64,000 bases of DNA from Octopus vulgaris (Eukaryota), in the NCBI GenBank assembly GCA_951406725.2, contig OX597824.1, forward strand, positions 17,174,001 to 17,238,000. The letters are read 5' to 3'. Positions 14,606-27,691 of this stretch are shown one piece after another. Position 1 is the first letter of the stretch. Each line of letters opens with the position of its first letter. The translations under genes and the position numbers were made by a program. The notes beneath the pieces were generated by a model that ran no database searches, was not told the origin of the DNA, and worked only from the letters and a program-made list of their open reading frames with translations.

Positions 14606-14712
<107 letters not shown>

Positions 14713-14714
14713 AC

Positions 14715-14832
<118 letters not shown>

Positions 14833-15248
14833 CATACATATATGTATGTGCGTGTGTGTATCTATCTGTATGTGTATTAGAATATATATATATATGTGTG
14901 TGTAAGAGTGTAATGTATTTGGTGGAATAAGTCCACAATTATGCATGTGTGTATTTCTTGAAATTTTTTCGTTTTGTTTATTTATTTATTTATCTATCTA
15001 TTTATTTATTTATTTTTGAAGCTCAGAACCTATCGAAAGGTTAAGTCGGCTGAGAATAGAAATATTCAGCATGAAATGACACACTGTGAACTGAACGATG
15101 CCACATGCTTTCCCTCTATTCCATGTTCTGGTAAGTCCACTCCATGTTCTGACACCCCACTCCATGTTTCGGTGCCTCCCTTAGTCCAGCTTGTTTTGAA
15201 CGGCAACCTATTAATTTTGTTGATCTGCAATAAAAAGGAAAAAGGAAA

Positions 15249-15627
15249 GGAAGCACTCCGTCGGTTACGACGACGAGGGTTCCGGTTGATCCGAATCAAC
15301 GGAACAGCCTGCTCGTGAAATTAACGTGTAAGTGGCTGAGCACTCCACAGACACGTGCACCCTTAACGTAGTTCTCGGGGATATTCAGCGTGACAAAGAG
15401 AGTGACAAGGCCGCCCCCTTGAAATACAGGTACAACAGAAACAGGAAGTAAGAGTGAGAGAAAGTTGTAGTGAAAGAGTACAGCAGGGATCACCACAATC
15501 CCTGACGGAGCTCGTGGAGCTTAGGTGTTTTCGCTCAATAAACACTCACAACGCCCGGTCTGGGAATCGAAACCGCGATCCTATGACCGTGAGTCCGCTG
15601 CCCTAACCACTGGGCCATTGCGCCTCC
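15249..15627 (-). mobile_element. SINE family B, full length
   Basis: Full family B sequence. Perfect 12-bp TSD TGATCTGCAATA at 15221-15232 and 15630-15641. Confidence 0.93.
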
Positions 15628-15641
15628 ACTGATCTGCAATA

Positions 15642-15945
15642 GAGCGATGATGACAACATCGTTAATCCAGCGAAATACTGGTCGTTCCAAATTCTGAATG
15701 TTCGACCTTCAAGGAAACTATGAGATGCGACTAAAGGTGCTGAAGGCAACATGCGTACGCCCTACTCCTTTCGCTTTCGAGATTTCAGGTGTTGTTGGAC
15801 CCTTCTCTGCCGATTTCCTCCGTAAAATCGGCAGAGATCATGGCCACCCGTCTGAAAACTGAATCCTGCGGGGAGGGAAGCTGCTGTAGCGAGTCTAGCT
15901 GACCATTCTCTGCTGCGAAGCCATCGCGGTCTTGATTGCAGGACG
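15642..15945 (+). pseudogene. Decayed restriction-like endonuclease C-terminus of a CRE-like non-LTR retrotransposon
   Basis: From 15761: PTPFAFEISGVVGPFSADFLRKIGR...LL*RV*LTILCCEAIAVL, resembling F-x-P-x-A-x-E-T-x-G-x-x-G...FL...L-x-QR-x-S-LA-x-x-RGNA. A DATC motif sits at ~15097, upstream of the SINE insertion. Confidence 0.55.
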
Positions 15946-16533
15946 CGACTTTTGTTTGGAAGTGATTTTAAGAAAGTGTGTATGCATGTGTGTGTGTGTG
16001 TGTATGTGTGTGTGTGTGTGTGTGCATGTGTGTGTGTATGTGTGTGTGTGTGGATGTGTGTGTGTGTGTGTGTGTGTACTGTTAATAGTTAACTCGTATT
16101 TTACAAAAGAATAATTGTTTTTAACAATATCAGTATCTTCAATCCTAATTATGTGTCTTTGAGAAAATATGAAGAATAGTGCAGCGCAGCCAAAGGCTTG
16201 ATAAAGGAATTCGGTAAACGAAATGATGACAGGGTGGTTTAGGAGGATGTAGGAGGATATTAGGTGTTTGTGTGTGTGTGTGTGTCGGATGTGCTTTTAT
16301 TTATAAGTGGTCACTCGAAATAGCAACAAAATCACACTCTAATTATACTTTGATAATTCGCATTCCTAAAAACGGAGCAAGAATCTGGATTCAACGAACC
16401 ATACTGGAATTTCAAGCAAGAAGACAAACCGCACGAAGAAATGTAACTTTTCTTGAAAAATATATATAGCTCATTCCAGTTATGAATATGATATTCAAAA
16501 TGATGGAATTTACTTCAAAGGCTGTTGCTTCGA

Positions 16534-16766
16534 GTAAAGATTGTTTGTCGCCTTAATATAGCAGTCCTGGTTTAGGACGAATGCTGCGGTAATTTGGCCT
16601 CAGGTGACATCGTCTCCTGCTGGCCATACGACACGATCTGTGTCCTTACATTTTCGAACAAGATCGTGTCGTATGGCTAGCTGGAGACGATGATTCTTAG
16701 GGCTAAATAACAGCAACATTCGTCCTAAACCAGGACTGCCATTATATGTTAGCAAACAATCTTTAC
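16534..16766. repeat. ~230-bp imperfect foldback element (MITE-like)
   Basis: GTAAAGATTGTTTG..GCAGTCCTGGTTTAGGACGAATG..CATACGACACGATCT is mirrored by AGATCGTGTCGTATG..CATTCGTCCTAAACCAGGACTGC..CAAACAATCTTTAC. Confidence 0.85.
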
Positions 16767-16846
16767 ACTAAAGTACTGTTGCTGAATATCTCTCGTTGTG
16801 AGATTTACAAATATTAATTTTGCTGATGTTTCAGTACAGAAATACT

Positions 16847-17218
16847 ATGGCCCAGTGGTTAGGACAGCGGACTCGCGGTCATAGGATCGCGGTTTCGATT
16901 CCCAGACCGGGCGTTGTGAGTGTTTATTGAGCGAAAACACCTAAAGCTCCACGAGGCTCCGGCAGGGATAGTGGTGATCCCTGCTGTACTCTTTCACCAC
17001 AACTTTCTCTCACTCTTACTTCCTGTTTCTGTTGTACCTGTATTTCAAAGGGCCGGCCTTGCCACTCTCTGTGTCACGCTGAATATCCCCGAGAACTACG
17101 TTAAGGATACACGTGTCTGTGGAGTGCTCAGCCACTTACACGTTAATTTCACGAGCAGGCTGTTCCGTTGATTCGGATCAACCGGAACCCTCGTCGTCGT
17201 AACCGACGGAGTGCTTCC
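16847..17218 (+). mobile_element. SINE family B
   Basis: TGGCCCAGTGG (A box) and GGTTTCGATTCCC (B box); body near-identical to the other copies. Confidence 0.92.
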
Positions 17219-17839
17219 TCCACTATGACTTGTGAGTTGGTGAGTCACTCTTTTTAACCGGCTGCGCGGGTCATTTAGCTAAAGTACGACACTCGCTCAT
17301 ACGTCGTGTTCGACGGGAGAGTCTGTCATATGTAAAAAGACGAGAAGATCATGGTTAGAAAACCATGAATTTATGAAAAGTGACCTTGGACAAAACCATG
17401 GCATGTTAGCGAGTATATTGAAATTTAATTAGTAAGTTAATATTACAAATGAAAAGTAGAAAGTTCATTATAATTACTTTTCCATTGTATATTAAGAACC
17501 TCACGTATTTGATCAGACAATTGCTGTAACAGGAAATCTGAGGAAAAGTTCAAATACGAGATCATTAAATGGCAAATGCAGTCCGACACTTCGAGAAGTA
17601 TCGTATTTATCAATGGATAGTGTAGCGTTGCAGTGGAATGGCGTAGATTATGATGTTTGAGAAATATGTAAACTAGATATTCACTGAAAATGTATATGCC
17701 ATGCACTACATGTATCCGCGCGCACACAAACTCACACACACACAACAAAATAGGTTTCTCATATGCATACATAAATATATACACAATTATATATACATAT
17801 ATATATATATATGTGTGAACATATGTATGTATGTATGTA

Positions 17840-17870
<31 letters not shown>

Positions 17871-17891
17871 ATATATATATATATATGTATG

Positions 17892-17956
<65 letters not shown>

Positions 17957-17958
17957 AT

Positions 17959-18350
<392 letters not shown>

Positions 18351-18463
18351 ATATATATATATATACCGGAGTAAACACATAAATGTGAAACAAGGTGGAA
18401 AAAGAGTACTCAAATACCAGTGGTAGAGTAATATGCTTTATTTTAAGCAGCAGAAAATTCAAC

Positions 18464-18510
18464 AAAATCTGTTACTCTGAGTTTCTCGTTGCCGTTCATC
18501 AGACAGTTTT
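18464..18510 (-). ncRNA. Type I hammerhead motif, canonical core
   Basis: Minus strand reads AAAACTGT CTGATGA ACG GCAA CGA GAAA CTC A GAG TA ACAG ATTTT. Cleavage triplet GUA; first helix II pair is an A/A mismatch. Confidence 0.7.
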
Positions 18511-19517
18511 TGCTAGAATGGAACATATATATTAATTCAATCTATACTCTTACAAACGCTACACCTTTAAAAAGAAATGGACTTGTTTGATTGGCCCTTT
18601 AGAAAAAACGGTCAATCTTCGAGCGATAAACAAAAAGGTCAAAAATATATGTATATATATATAAAAACTTATAAAAATTATAAAATCCGAGGAAAATACC
18701 GAGGAAAAAACCTGTTGCCGTTAATGAAGACAGTACAAATTAATGCATAGAAATTAAACCTGTTATAAATACTGCAATACATATTTATATTAAAATCCAC
18801 ATATATATATCAACATACACAAAAGGATGCGCGTAAACGCCATACATACATATACAGACGTATGAATATGAATCTAAATTATACACATAAAAGCATGTGT
18901 ACATATATTCACGCAAACTGTCTCGCACGCAAGCTAAAATTCATCTATGTAGCAATTCTCATATACTGAGCAAGGAGGGGGAACGAAAGAAAGGGAAAGA
19001 GAGAAAAAGGAGCGGAGGAGGGGTGGGGAAAAAACTTGTAGCGATGTTATTTGGCATCTATAGAGGCCAGTATACATACACAAGTTTGAATTGATACATA
19101 TACATACCGTCGTGTATATGTGTGCTTAAGCACAAGCATACTTTCACTTACACATACACAGATACGCATGCTTACAAATACATATGCTTTGCTATACACA
19201 AACTTATATAAACATTCTAAATTTGACAACATTGCTTTTTTTATAAAAAAAACATTGCTTTTAAAAAATGGGTGCATTAATAAAAATATATACGAAAGAC
19301 CTATAAAATAAAATATAACATCCTATTTTGGGTCATTTATAAATAATCAAGGTAATATAAATAATCAAGGTAATCTTATGCAATACAATAACATGAAAAC
19401 AAAGTTTGTAGGTTTTTCCTAATATATATGTAGAAACAATAAGACTTTGCTATAGGTCCGTTGTAGCGCTCAAGAGTCAAAATCAAAATCAAAAAATCAA
19501 AATACAAAATATATACT

Positions 19518-19735
19518 CTATCCATATGGTATATTTATATTCGACATTTTAAATTTAGCCTTGTGCCTACATAAGTTCATTAATTCACTTCTTTGATTCA
19601 AAGAATTATTGTCTTTGAATAATATGTGCATTTTTTCTAATAAGCAAAGCCTGCACTTGAAATTATATTTGTAAGCTCCATGCCTGTATGGTGCCGCCCT
19701 GTCCAGAATGCTCCATGTCACGTTGAAAGGTGGGG
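19518..19735 (-). pseudogene. Penelope-like element GIY-YIG endonuclease C-terminal remnant
   Basis: WSILDRAAPY..G....CRLCLLEKMHIL.....LNQRSELMNLCRHKAKF matches the typical PLE C-terminal motif CxLCLxEK...LNxRSE...CRH. Confidence 0.85.
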
Positions 19736-20437
19736 CTAAAGAAAAAGAAGGAAAGGAAGAAAAGGAAGAGAAAGAAGAAAAAATTGTTTTGCTGGTTTCT
19801 TTTGTAGTTGGTCAGCATGTTTACTCCAAGGGGAGTCTAAGATCTTGGGGAAACATTTGACCATTTTATAGTGTTATTGAGTGTGTAGAGGTGGGGAGGG
19901 ATATAAGATAGTACGAGAGGGTGATGAATGGGGAGAAAGTGAGAGAGAGAGAGCATGTGTGCATGTGTGTGCGTGTGCGTGTGTGTGTGTTTGTGTGTGT
20001 CTGTAAAAGAGTTGTTAAAGAAAAAGAAGGAAAGGAAGAACAGGGAAAGAAGTAAGAAGAAAAAATTGTTTGTATTTCCTTTTTATCATTGTCTGGTGAG
20101 AGAGTGTGTGTTTGTGTGTTTGTGTGTTTATGTGCGCGCGTGTGTGTGTTTGTGGTTTTGTATCTGAAGGAAGTGTTAAGGAGGAATGTTCAAGTTGTTA
20201 AAAATAACCAGTCATTGGCTTTTAGCAATGGTCAAGAGAGCTGGGAGCCAAAATGCCACTTTTGTTTATATTTTTGCAACTGTAAATGAATTTTGGTTTT
20301 CAGAATGGGCGAAAGCGCTAATATATGATATATGAGAAGAAGTGGGAGAGAAAGAGTGGAGAGAAAGGGAGGTGGCTGAGAAAGAGGAGAGATAAATATA
20401 TAGATATAGATATATATAGACATGCATGTATTTCTAT

Positions 20438-20790
20438 GACTCGCGGTCATAGGATCGCGGTTTCGATTCCCAGACCGGGCGTTGTGAGTATTTATTGAGC
20501 GAAAACACCTAAAAGCTCCACGAGGCCCCCAGTAGGGAATGGTGGTGATCCCTGCTGTACTCTTTCACCACAACTTTCTCTCACTCTTACTTCCTGTTTC
20601 TGTTGTACCTGTATTTCAAAGGGCCGGCCTTGTCACTCTCTGTGTCACGCTGAATATCCCCGAGAACTACGTTAAGGGTACACGTGTCTGTGGAGTGCTC
20701 AGCCACTTACACGTTAATTTCGCGAGCAGGCTGTTCCGTTGATTCGGATCAACCGGAACCCTCGTCGTCGTAACCGACGGAGTGCTTCCA
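20438..20790 (+). mobile_element. SINE family B, 5'-truncated
   Basis: Starts at GACTCGCGGTCATAGG; body matches the other copies. Confidence 0.9.
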
Positions 20791-20804
20791 TCATCATTTC
20801 TCTT

Positions 20805-20852
<48 letters not shown>

Positions 20853-21126
20853 TATTTATCTACCTGTCTGTCGTTTTACATGCACATAAACAAGCAAAAA
20901 GAACATGTATATTGGAGGAGGGATGGATAGAAAGAGAGACATTGGATAATAGAAGCGGAGGTACGAGATACAATTATTTGATGATTCTGTATTTGGAATA
21001 TTTTGTAACACATACAACGACTGAGATACGCATTCGAGTGGAAAGAATGAGAAATAACGAGACAGACAGACAGACATATATGTTACTAGGTTGGTGGTGA
21101 TTTGTCATCAACGATGCTTTATATAT

Positions 21127-21345
21127 TCTTTTAATCTTTTATTTGCTTCAGTCATTTCACTGCGGCCATGCTGGAGTACAGCCGCTAGACGAACTATTCG
21201 ACCAAAGTAACTATTCTTTGTAAGACTAGTACTGATTCTATCATCCCCAATTCGCCGAACCGCTGTTGTTACGAGGACATAAACACGCCAACGTCGGTTT
21301 GTCAAGTGATGGTGAGAGGACAAAAAAGACACACAAATACACACA
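21127..21345 (-). mobile_element. SINE family A, 3' half (diverged)
   Basis: TTCAGTCATTTCACTGCGGCCATGCTGGAG...; ends in the (CA)n internal microsatellite. Confidence 0.8.
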
Positions 21346-21580
21346 CACACACACACACACGCAAATACACACACATACACACACACACACGGAAATACAC
21401 ACACACACACGCAAATACACACACACACACATATATTAGAAGAAATGAGGTACTCAGAAATCCGGATGGTTTATATTTGCAGATATATATATTAGTATGT
21501 TACATGTTTTTATACATCATATATCACATATATATTAGCGCTTTCGTCCATTCTAGTGGTGTCTTTAAAATGTATGTATG

Positions 21581-21615
<35 letters not shown>

Positions 21616-21929
21616 CTTCACACTAAATATGAAATAATTCCAGCATTCTCTGTAACTTTTTGATTATTTTGTTATTTTTTCAACCGTTCTGATCAATTTA
21701 GCCACGATGGGTTTTGCAGTAAATCACTATATCATTCATAACTTTTCTATTATCCTCTCAAATTACACCAAAATCTCAGACAATACCAATTAATATCGTA
21801 TTTATTGTCTGTGAAAATTATAGAATATAAAACAATCTTAATAAAAACTTAAACCTACTTTTCTGACGAAAACAATGCTGTTCTGAACATTTTGGCCGCA
21901 ACTATATATATATATATATATACACAACA

Positions 21930-22036
<107 letters not shown>

Positions 22037-22864
22037 AGTAAAAAGAGGCAAACAGAATTTTGGATAATTATTTATTAGTGCATTTGTCAGTACAATTGAA
22101 CTCTTCATGTTATGCTCTACAGAAAAATTTGTTATTTGTTTAGCCTTTTATGCAAATTCATATTTCACAATTGTGACTCTACTTACTTAAGAATCGCTTT
22201 TTCAATAATCAAAACGTAATGTGTATATTTACAAATGTGTTAATATGTTTATAATAAGAGAGAAGACGTGTTAGAGAGAGAAAGAGATGCTTTCAAAGAC
22301 AATGACTGACTTGTAATTAAATTTCAACAAGTTCACCACATCAATACAATATAATTGAAAAGAAGCCACTTCCTGTCTCTCTCTCTCTCTCTCTTTCCCA
22401 TTCATGTTCCTTTTCTTCTTTCTCTTTCTCTCTTGTCCTTCTTACTGTCTTTCTCTCTTGCTCCCTTTCTCCTCCCCACCACCCACTCATCCCCGAAACA
22501 ACAATACTTGATATCTTGAAAGGTCATTTAGCATCAACCACGTGTTAGACAAAGACAATCCCCAAATACAAGCTTCCTTCACTTCTCTTCTCTGTCTCTC
22601 TTTTCTTCTGTATCCTTCTCTGTGTCCTTCTCTCCTCCCTTTTTCTCTTTCTCCTTTTCTAAACAAAACCTTACAAAACAACATCCTCTTTTCGGTATGT
22701 ACAAAAGACTAAAGAGATTTTCTATGCAACATATCCAAAATTCTGACTGCTTCCATATTCTTAATACATAATATCTGCACATCACTTAAAACGTTCTATA
22801 CACTGGTACGCCCCCCCACACACACGCACGCACACGTACACATACATACACGCACATATATATG

Positions 22865-22915
<51 letters not shown>

Positions 22916-22941
22916 TTGGGTATAATAATACATATTAGAAG

Positions 22942-22972
<31 letters not shown>

Positions 22973-23094
22973 GTGAATATATGTATATGTATATATATAT
23001 ATATTTATATATATACATGCATACATATATATATATGCATATATATGCATACATAGATATATATATATGTATTCATATATATATCTATATATAT

Positions 23095-23139
<45 letters not shown>

Positions 23140-23215
23140 GAAAAAAATTTTTTAAAAATGCAGAATGCTCAAATGAAAGAAAATTAGAAATTGATAAAAT
23201 ATATAAATATATATT

Positions 23216-23256
23216 TATTCAACCGGTTTTCGTCATTGTATGACTTGTCAAGAATA
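23216..23256 (-). ncRNA. Minimal hammerhead motif, U3-A8 variant
   Basis: Minus strand reads TATTC TTGACAA GTCAT ACA ATGAC GAAAA CCGG T T GAATA, with one extra A in the GAAA run; lies in a (TA)n-flanked insert (23137-23290). Confidence 0.6.
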
Positions 23257-23288
23257 TTTATGTTTTAAGAAGTTTCACCATTTATTGA

Positions 23289-23334
<46 letters not shown>

Positions 23335-23337
23335 CAT

Positions 23338-23557
23338 TCAATATGTGAACGCGTGTGTATCGTTGGCGATTTTTTTCCCACCGTCTTCCCTTCCTTGGAT
23401 CTTTCCTTCTCCTATGTTTCTGCCGAATAGCTCCACTCGAAACAGTAAATCCTCCTTCTTTCTTTCCTTTCCTGAGCGTCCAATAACGCTATACCTGTTC
23501 CACGTCCTTGCGCTGTTGTGTTTTCTCTTTGTGTTTTGATGTTTGGATTAACATTAT
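23338..23557 (+). mobile_element. Penelope-like terminal fragment with decayed hammerhead (23417-23449)
   Basis: TTT CTGCCGA A TAGC TCC ACTC GAAA CAG TA AA; shares CCTGAGCGT...AATA with 53586-53605 and 8596-8697. Confidence 0.55.
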
Positions 23558-23809
23558 ACATATATATAGTCACATGACATACGCGCTTTCAGGAGCCCTA
23601 GGATCTTTCGGATAGCTTTCCCGATTTTGAAGCGTGTATGTTCTCTCTGCCTGGAGCTGTTGCCTGTCTATCACAGGGTTAGTCGTTATTGCTGAGTAAT
23701 ATGGTGTGAATTAATGAAGAACCTAGTGCATCGCCTGTTCCAGGATTCGAAGACATACTTCTACGAGCAAGAATTTTACCAAGTGCACCCATACACATAT
23801 ATGCGTGCG

Positions 23810-23875
<66 letters not shown>

Positions 23876-23877
<2 letters not shown>

Positions 23878-26607
23878 CACATACCTCTGGTTAAATCTTT
23901 TCGACTTACATCATTTCCGAAGATACGTCGGTCTTTCCAAAATATTAAAATATGATATACAGTATTAATTTACATCGCCTGACAAAACAGCAATAACGTT
24001 CATACTACACTGGACTGTTCCGGATTGTATCGATTGGTTCCGTTCGTGTTCGTCTCCGGGAAATAAATAAAAAAGCAACACAAACATATAACCTGTAGAG
24101 CATATAAGATTTAATGTTAAAATACAGTATGCATTATGAAGAATTAAAATTGATTAAAGAAAAGATGACATTAAAAGCTACCGTAATACAACTCGGAAGT
24201 GGAGGCGCAATGGCCCAGTGGTTAGGGCAGCGGACTCGCGGTCATAGGATCGCGGTTTCGATTCCCAGACCGGGCGTTGTGAGTGTTTGTTGAGCGAAAA
24301 CACCTAAAGCTCCACGAGTCTCCGGCAGGGGATGGTGGTGATCCCTGCTGTACTCTTTCACCACAACTTTCTCTCACTCTTACTTCCTGTTTCTGTTGTA
24401 CCTGTATTTCAAAGGGCCGGCCTTGTCACTCTCTGTGTCACGCTGAATATCCCCGAGAACTACGTTAAAGGTACACGTGTCTGTGGAGTGCTCAGCCACT
24501 TACACGTTAATTTCACGAGCAGGCTGTTCCGTTGATTCGGATCAACCGGAACCCTCGTCGTCGTAACCGACGGAGTGCTTCCACTCCACAACTCGAAAGT
24601 GTACTAGTTCAGATGTTTTCCGATAGAGGGAATTCGTGGTCCAGCCGCAATCTTTTCAAATGTGTTAACTGTAAAATTTGTACAGTTATTTTTGTGATTT
24701 ACATTTCAGCCCCATGGCTCCGAAGAAGAATCCTAGTGAAAAACGTAATGAAAAAGGTGAAAAGATTATAACCATTGCTTGATCGTTTGGGATAAGCCGT
24801 ACGACTATATCAAAGATTGTGCACGATAGAGACAGGATTATGGCACATCTGAAAGATGATGCTCCTGGGATGATAAACACAATCGTCAACAGAAAAGAGG
24901 CTGAATCTACGAATAGGTGGAGCAGCTTCTTGCCCTTCGGGATGAAAGGCAGAATTGCCAGCTAGCAAACTGTAGTCAAGAAATAATTCAAGAGACAGCA
25001 TTGTCTTTGTTTGAAGGTTTGAGAAAGATGTAGAATTTAAAGCAAGTCAGGGATGGTTTATGAGGTTTAAGCAGCGGCAGGATTTGCCCTCTCTCAAAGA
25101 AAGAAGGTAAAAGCGAGTCGGCCGACGATGTTGCTGCAGCTGAATTTCCTGTTACATTAGCGAAGATTATTGAAAATGATGGATTTCCACCCGAACAAAT
25201 AAATGTTCGATGTTATTGGGGCCGTTATCTTTTGGAAGAAACTACAAAATCGTTCTTTCATATCTAAAGAAGAGAAAAGAATTCCTTGCTATAAAATATT
25301 AAAAGAGCTTTTGACCTTAATTCTGGGAGGCAATTGTGCAGGCGATTGCAAGCTAAAACCGTTGCTTGTTCACCAGGAGCTGAACCCCCAAGTTCTTAAG
25401 AACCCTAGATATCCATGGCATCTCTTCTTGTAATATAGATGGCCAATTCAAAGGCTTGGGTCACTATCAGTATTTTTGAAGAATGGATTTTAAGTCATTT
25501 TGTTCTTGGAGTAGAAAGGTATTGTAAGGTTAAAGGAATTCCTTTTAAAATTCTGCTTGTCTGAGATAACGCCTCTAGCCACTCGAAAAGCATAGGAGAT
25601 TTCCATCCCAACGTTACAGTTATCTCCCTCCTTCCTAGCACTACCTCGCTGCTGAAACCAATGGCCCAGCGGATAATTGTCATCTTTAAGCGGTATTATA
25701 CGAAGCGTACATTACGCCAAGCAATATCTGCAACTGACATCGACGAAAGCATCACAGTCCGTGACTTTTGGAAAGGATAAGACACCTACAAAGCCATAGT
25801 GAACATAGCGGCTGCGTGGAATGAGATGAAAAACACGTCTATGAATAGTGTTTGGAAGAAGATGTGCCCACAATTTTCAATGACTTTAAGGCCTTTGACA
25901 ATGTGGAAGTGAACAAGATCTTGGGGCAGTTGAACAATGAAGTGGAAATGGTGTTGGAAGAAGAGAATTTTAATGAATTACTTGAGAAAGATAAACAGTC
26001 CTTGACAAACGAAGAGTTGATGGAACTTCATGAACAGAAGAAAATGGAAGAAGAAGAAAGACCTGATCTCGAGCCTTGTCGTTTTACGTTGAAGAAAATG
26101 CAAGAGGTTCTTACTCTCAATTAGATAAATGTCTTGCTTTATTTGTGGAAAAGGATCCCAATTCACAAGGTTTTGTAAAAATATTTGGGGGGTTGTCAAG
26201 ATACTATTGCACCTTATTACCTAGTCCTTGAAGAGAAGAAGAAAAAAGACAATTCAAGGAAATTTAGACAAGGTTGCACTACGATCTACACCATCACAAC
26301 AGGAGTTAGCTGACGATCCCCAACCATCGACAACTAGTGTGTAATCTCCTCCTCCTCCTGCACCAGCCTCAACGAGTAAAACCGACTCCAGCCATCAGGT
26401 AGGCAACAGTATGGTATTTGAAATCATTTCTTTCTAATACAAAAGCAGCCTAGGCTTCCCTAACAAATTACCGAATTCGTAGGCTAACATCAAAACATCC
26501 TAAGCTAGCTTAGGGTTTAACTATAACATGTATATTCCTTTAAATAAAGGTTATTTTGACTTAAGTCGTGTCGTCTGGAACCAATGTACGACGCAAGGGG
26601 AGGTATG

Positions 26608-26611
<4 letters not shown>
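23876..26611 (+). mobile_element. Near full-length decayed Tigger/pogo DNA transposon (CENP-B-type HTH + DDE transposase pseudogene)
   Basis: Peptides MAPKKNP.., EFKASQGWFMRFKQR, FWKKLQNRSFISKEEK..LTLILGGNCAGDCKLKPLLVH, NSKAWVT..FEEW, KILLV*DNASSH, PSTTSLLKPM. Termini CATACCTC (23880) and GAGGTATG (26600-26607). Multiple stops and frameshifts. Confidence 0.9.
24201..24583 (+). mobile_element. SINE family B, full length, nested in the Tigger element
   Basis: GGAGGCGCAATGGCCCAGTGGTTAGGGCAGCGGACTCGCGG head. TSD ACAACTCG(G/A)AAGT at 24188-24200 and 24588-24600. Confidence 0.93.
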
Positions 26612-26675
<64 letters not shown>

Positions 26676-26681
26676 CATATA

Positions 26682-27093
26682 GGCACAGGAGTGGCTGTGT
26701 GGTAAGTAGCTTGCTTGCCAACCATATGGTTCCGGGTTCAGTCCCACTGCGTGGCATCTTGGGCAGGTGTCTTCTGCTATAGCCTCGGGCCGACCAATGC
26801 CTTGTGAGTGGATTTGGTAGACGGAAACTGAAAGAAGCCTGTCGTATATATGTATATATATATATGTATTTATGTGTGTGTGTATGTTTATGTGTCTGTG
26901 TTTGTCCCCCTGGCATTGCTTGACAACCGATGCTGGTGTGTTTACGTCCCCGTCACTTAGCGGTTCGGCAAAAGAGACTGATAGAATAAGTACTAGGCTT
27001 ACAAAGAATAAGTCCCGGGGTCGATTTGCTCGACTAAAGGCGGTGCTCCAGCATGGCCGCACTCGAATGACTGAAACAGGTAAAAGAGTAAAA
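26682..27093 (+). mobile_element. SINE family A, full length (tRNA-like head, CORE-like segment, internal microsatellite, LINE-like tail)
   Basis: TGGCTGTGTGG (A box), GGTTCAGTCCC (B box), TTGGGCAGGTGTCTT, an internal (TA)/(TG) tract, and the tail GGCGGTGCTCCAGCATGGCCGCA..GACTGAAACA..TAAAAGAG. Confidence 0.92.
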
Positions 27094-27518
27094 TAGTATA
27101 TATATAATGTTTTTAAAATTATATAACGAGGGATTGGCTTTATGTCTGACAACGCACTGTGGAAATAGACGCCATTACCACCTTAAAATCACCGGGAAAG
27201 CCACAGTATACAGAAAAATAACGACATGGTTAACTGTGTACAAGATCCTTTTTCAAGCTTAAAGTAAAGATATTTCTTACTGCTATATTCAGCGACAGTA
27301 TTCTATAACATAAATTTACAAGTATCTTAAAATATGCAGCCGTGTAGCGACATTTGCGAATATTTCTACAGTATACGGTGAGGCATAAAACCGATCCCTT
27401 GATATAATTATGTATATAATTGTAAAATATTTTGTAAAATTTACCTATGAGGTTTTTATTTCCGCGCTAACAACCTCGTAAAATTATTATTGATTTCACC
27501 GTATTATAATATTTATAA

Positions 27519-27647
<129 letters not shown>

Positions 27648-27691
27648 TTCTTTATTTATTTATTTATTTATTTATATATATTTATGTATAT

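Noticed and set aside
24201-24275. tRNA-Arg-like sequence
   Set aside because: No proper acceptor stem; it is the head of a repeated SINE, not a tRNA gene.
24332-24535. Recurrent 'MVVIPAVLFHHNF...' ORF in five places
   Set aside because: Incidental ORF inside SINE family B.
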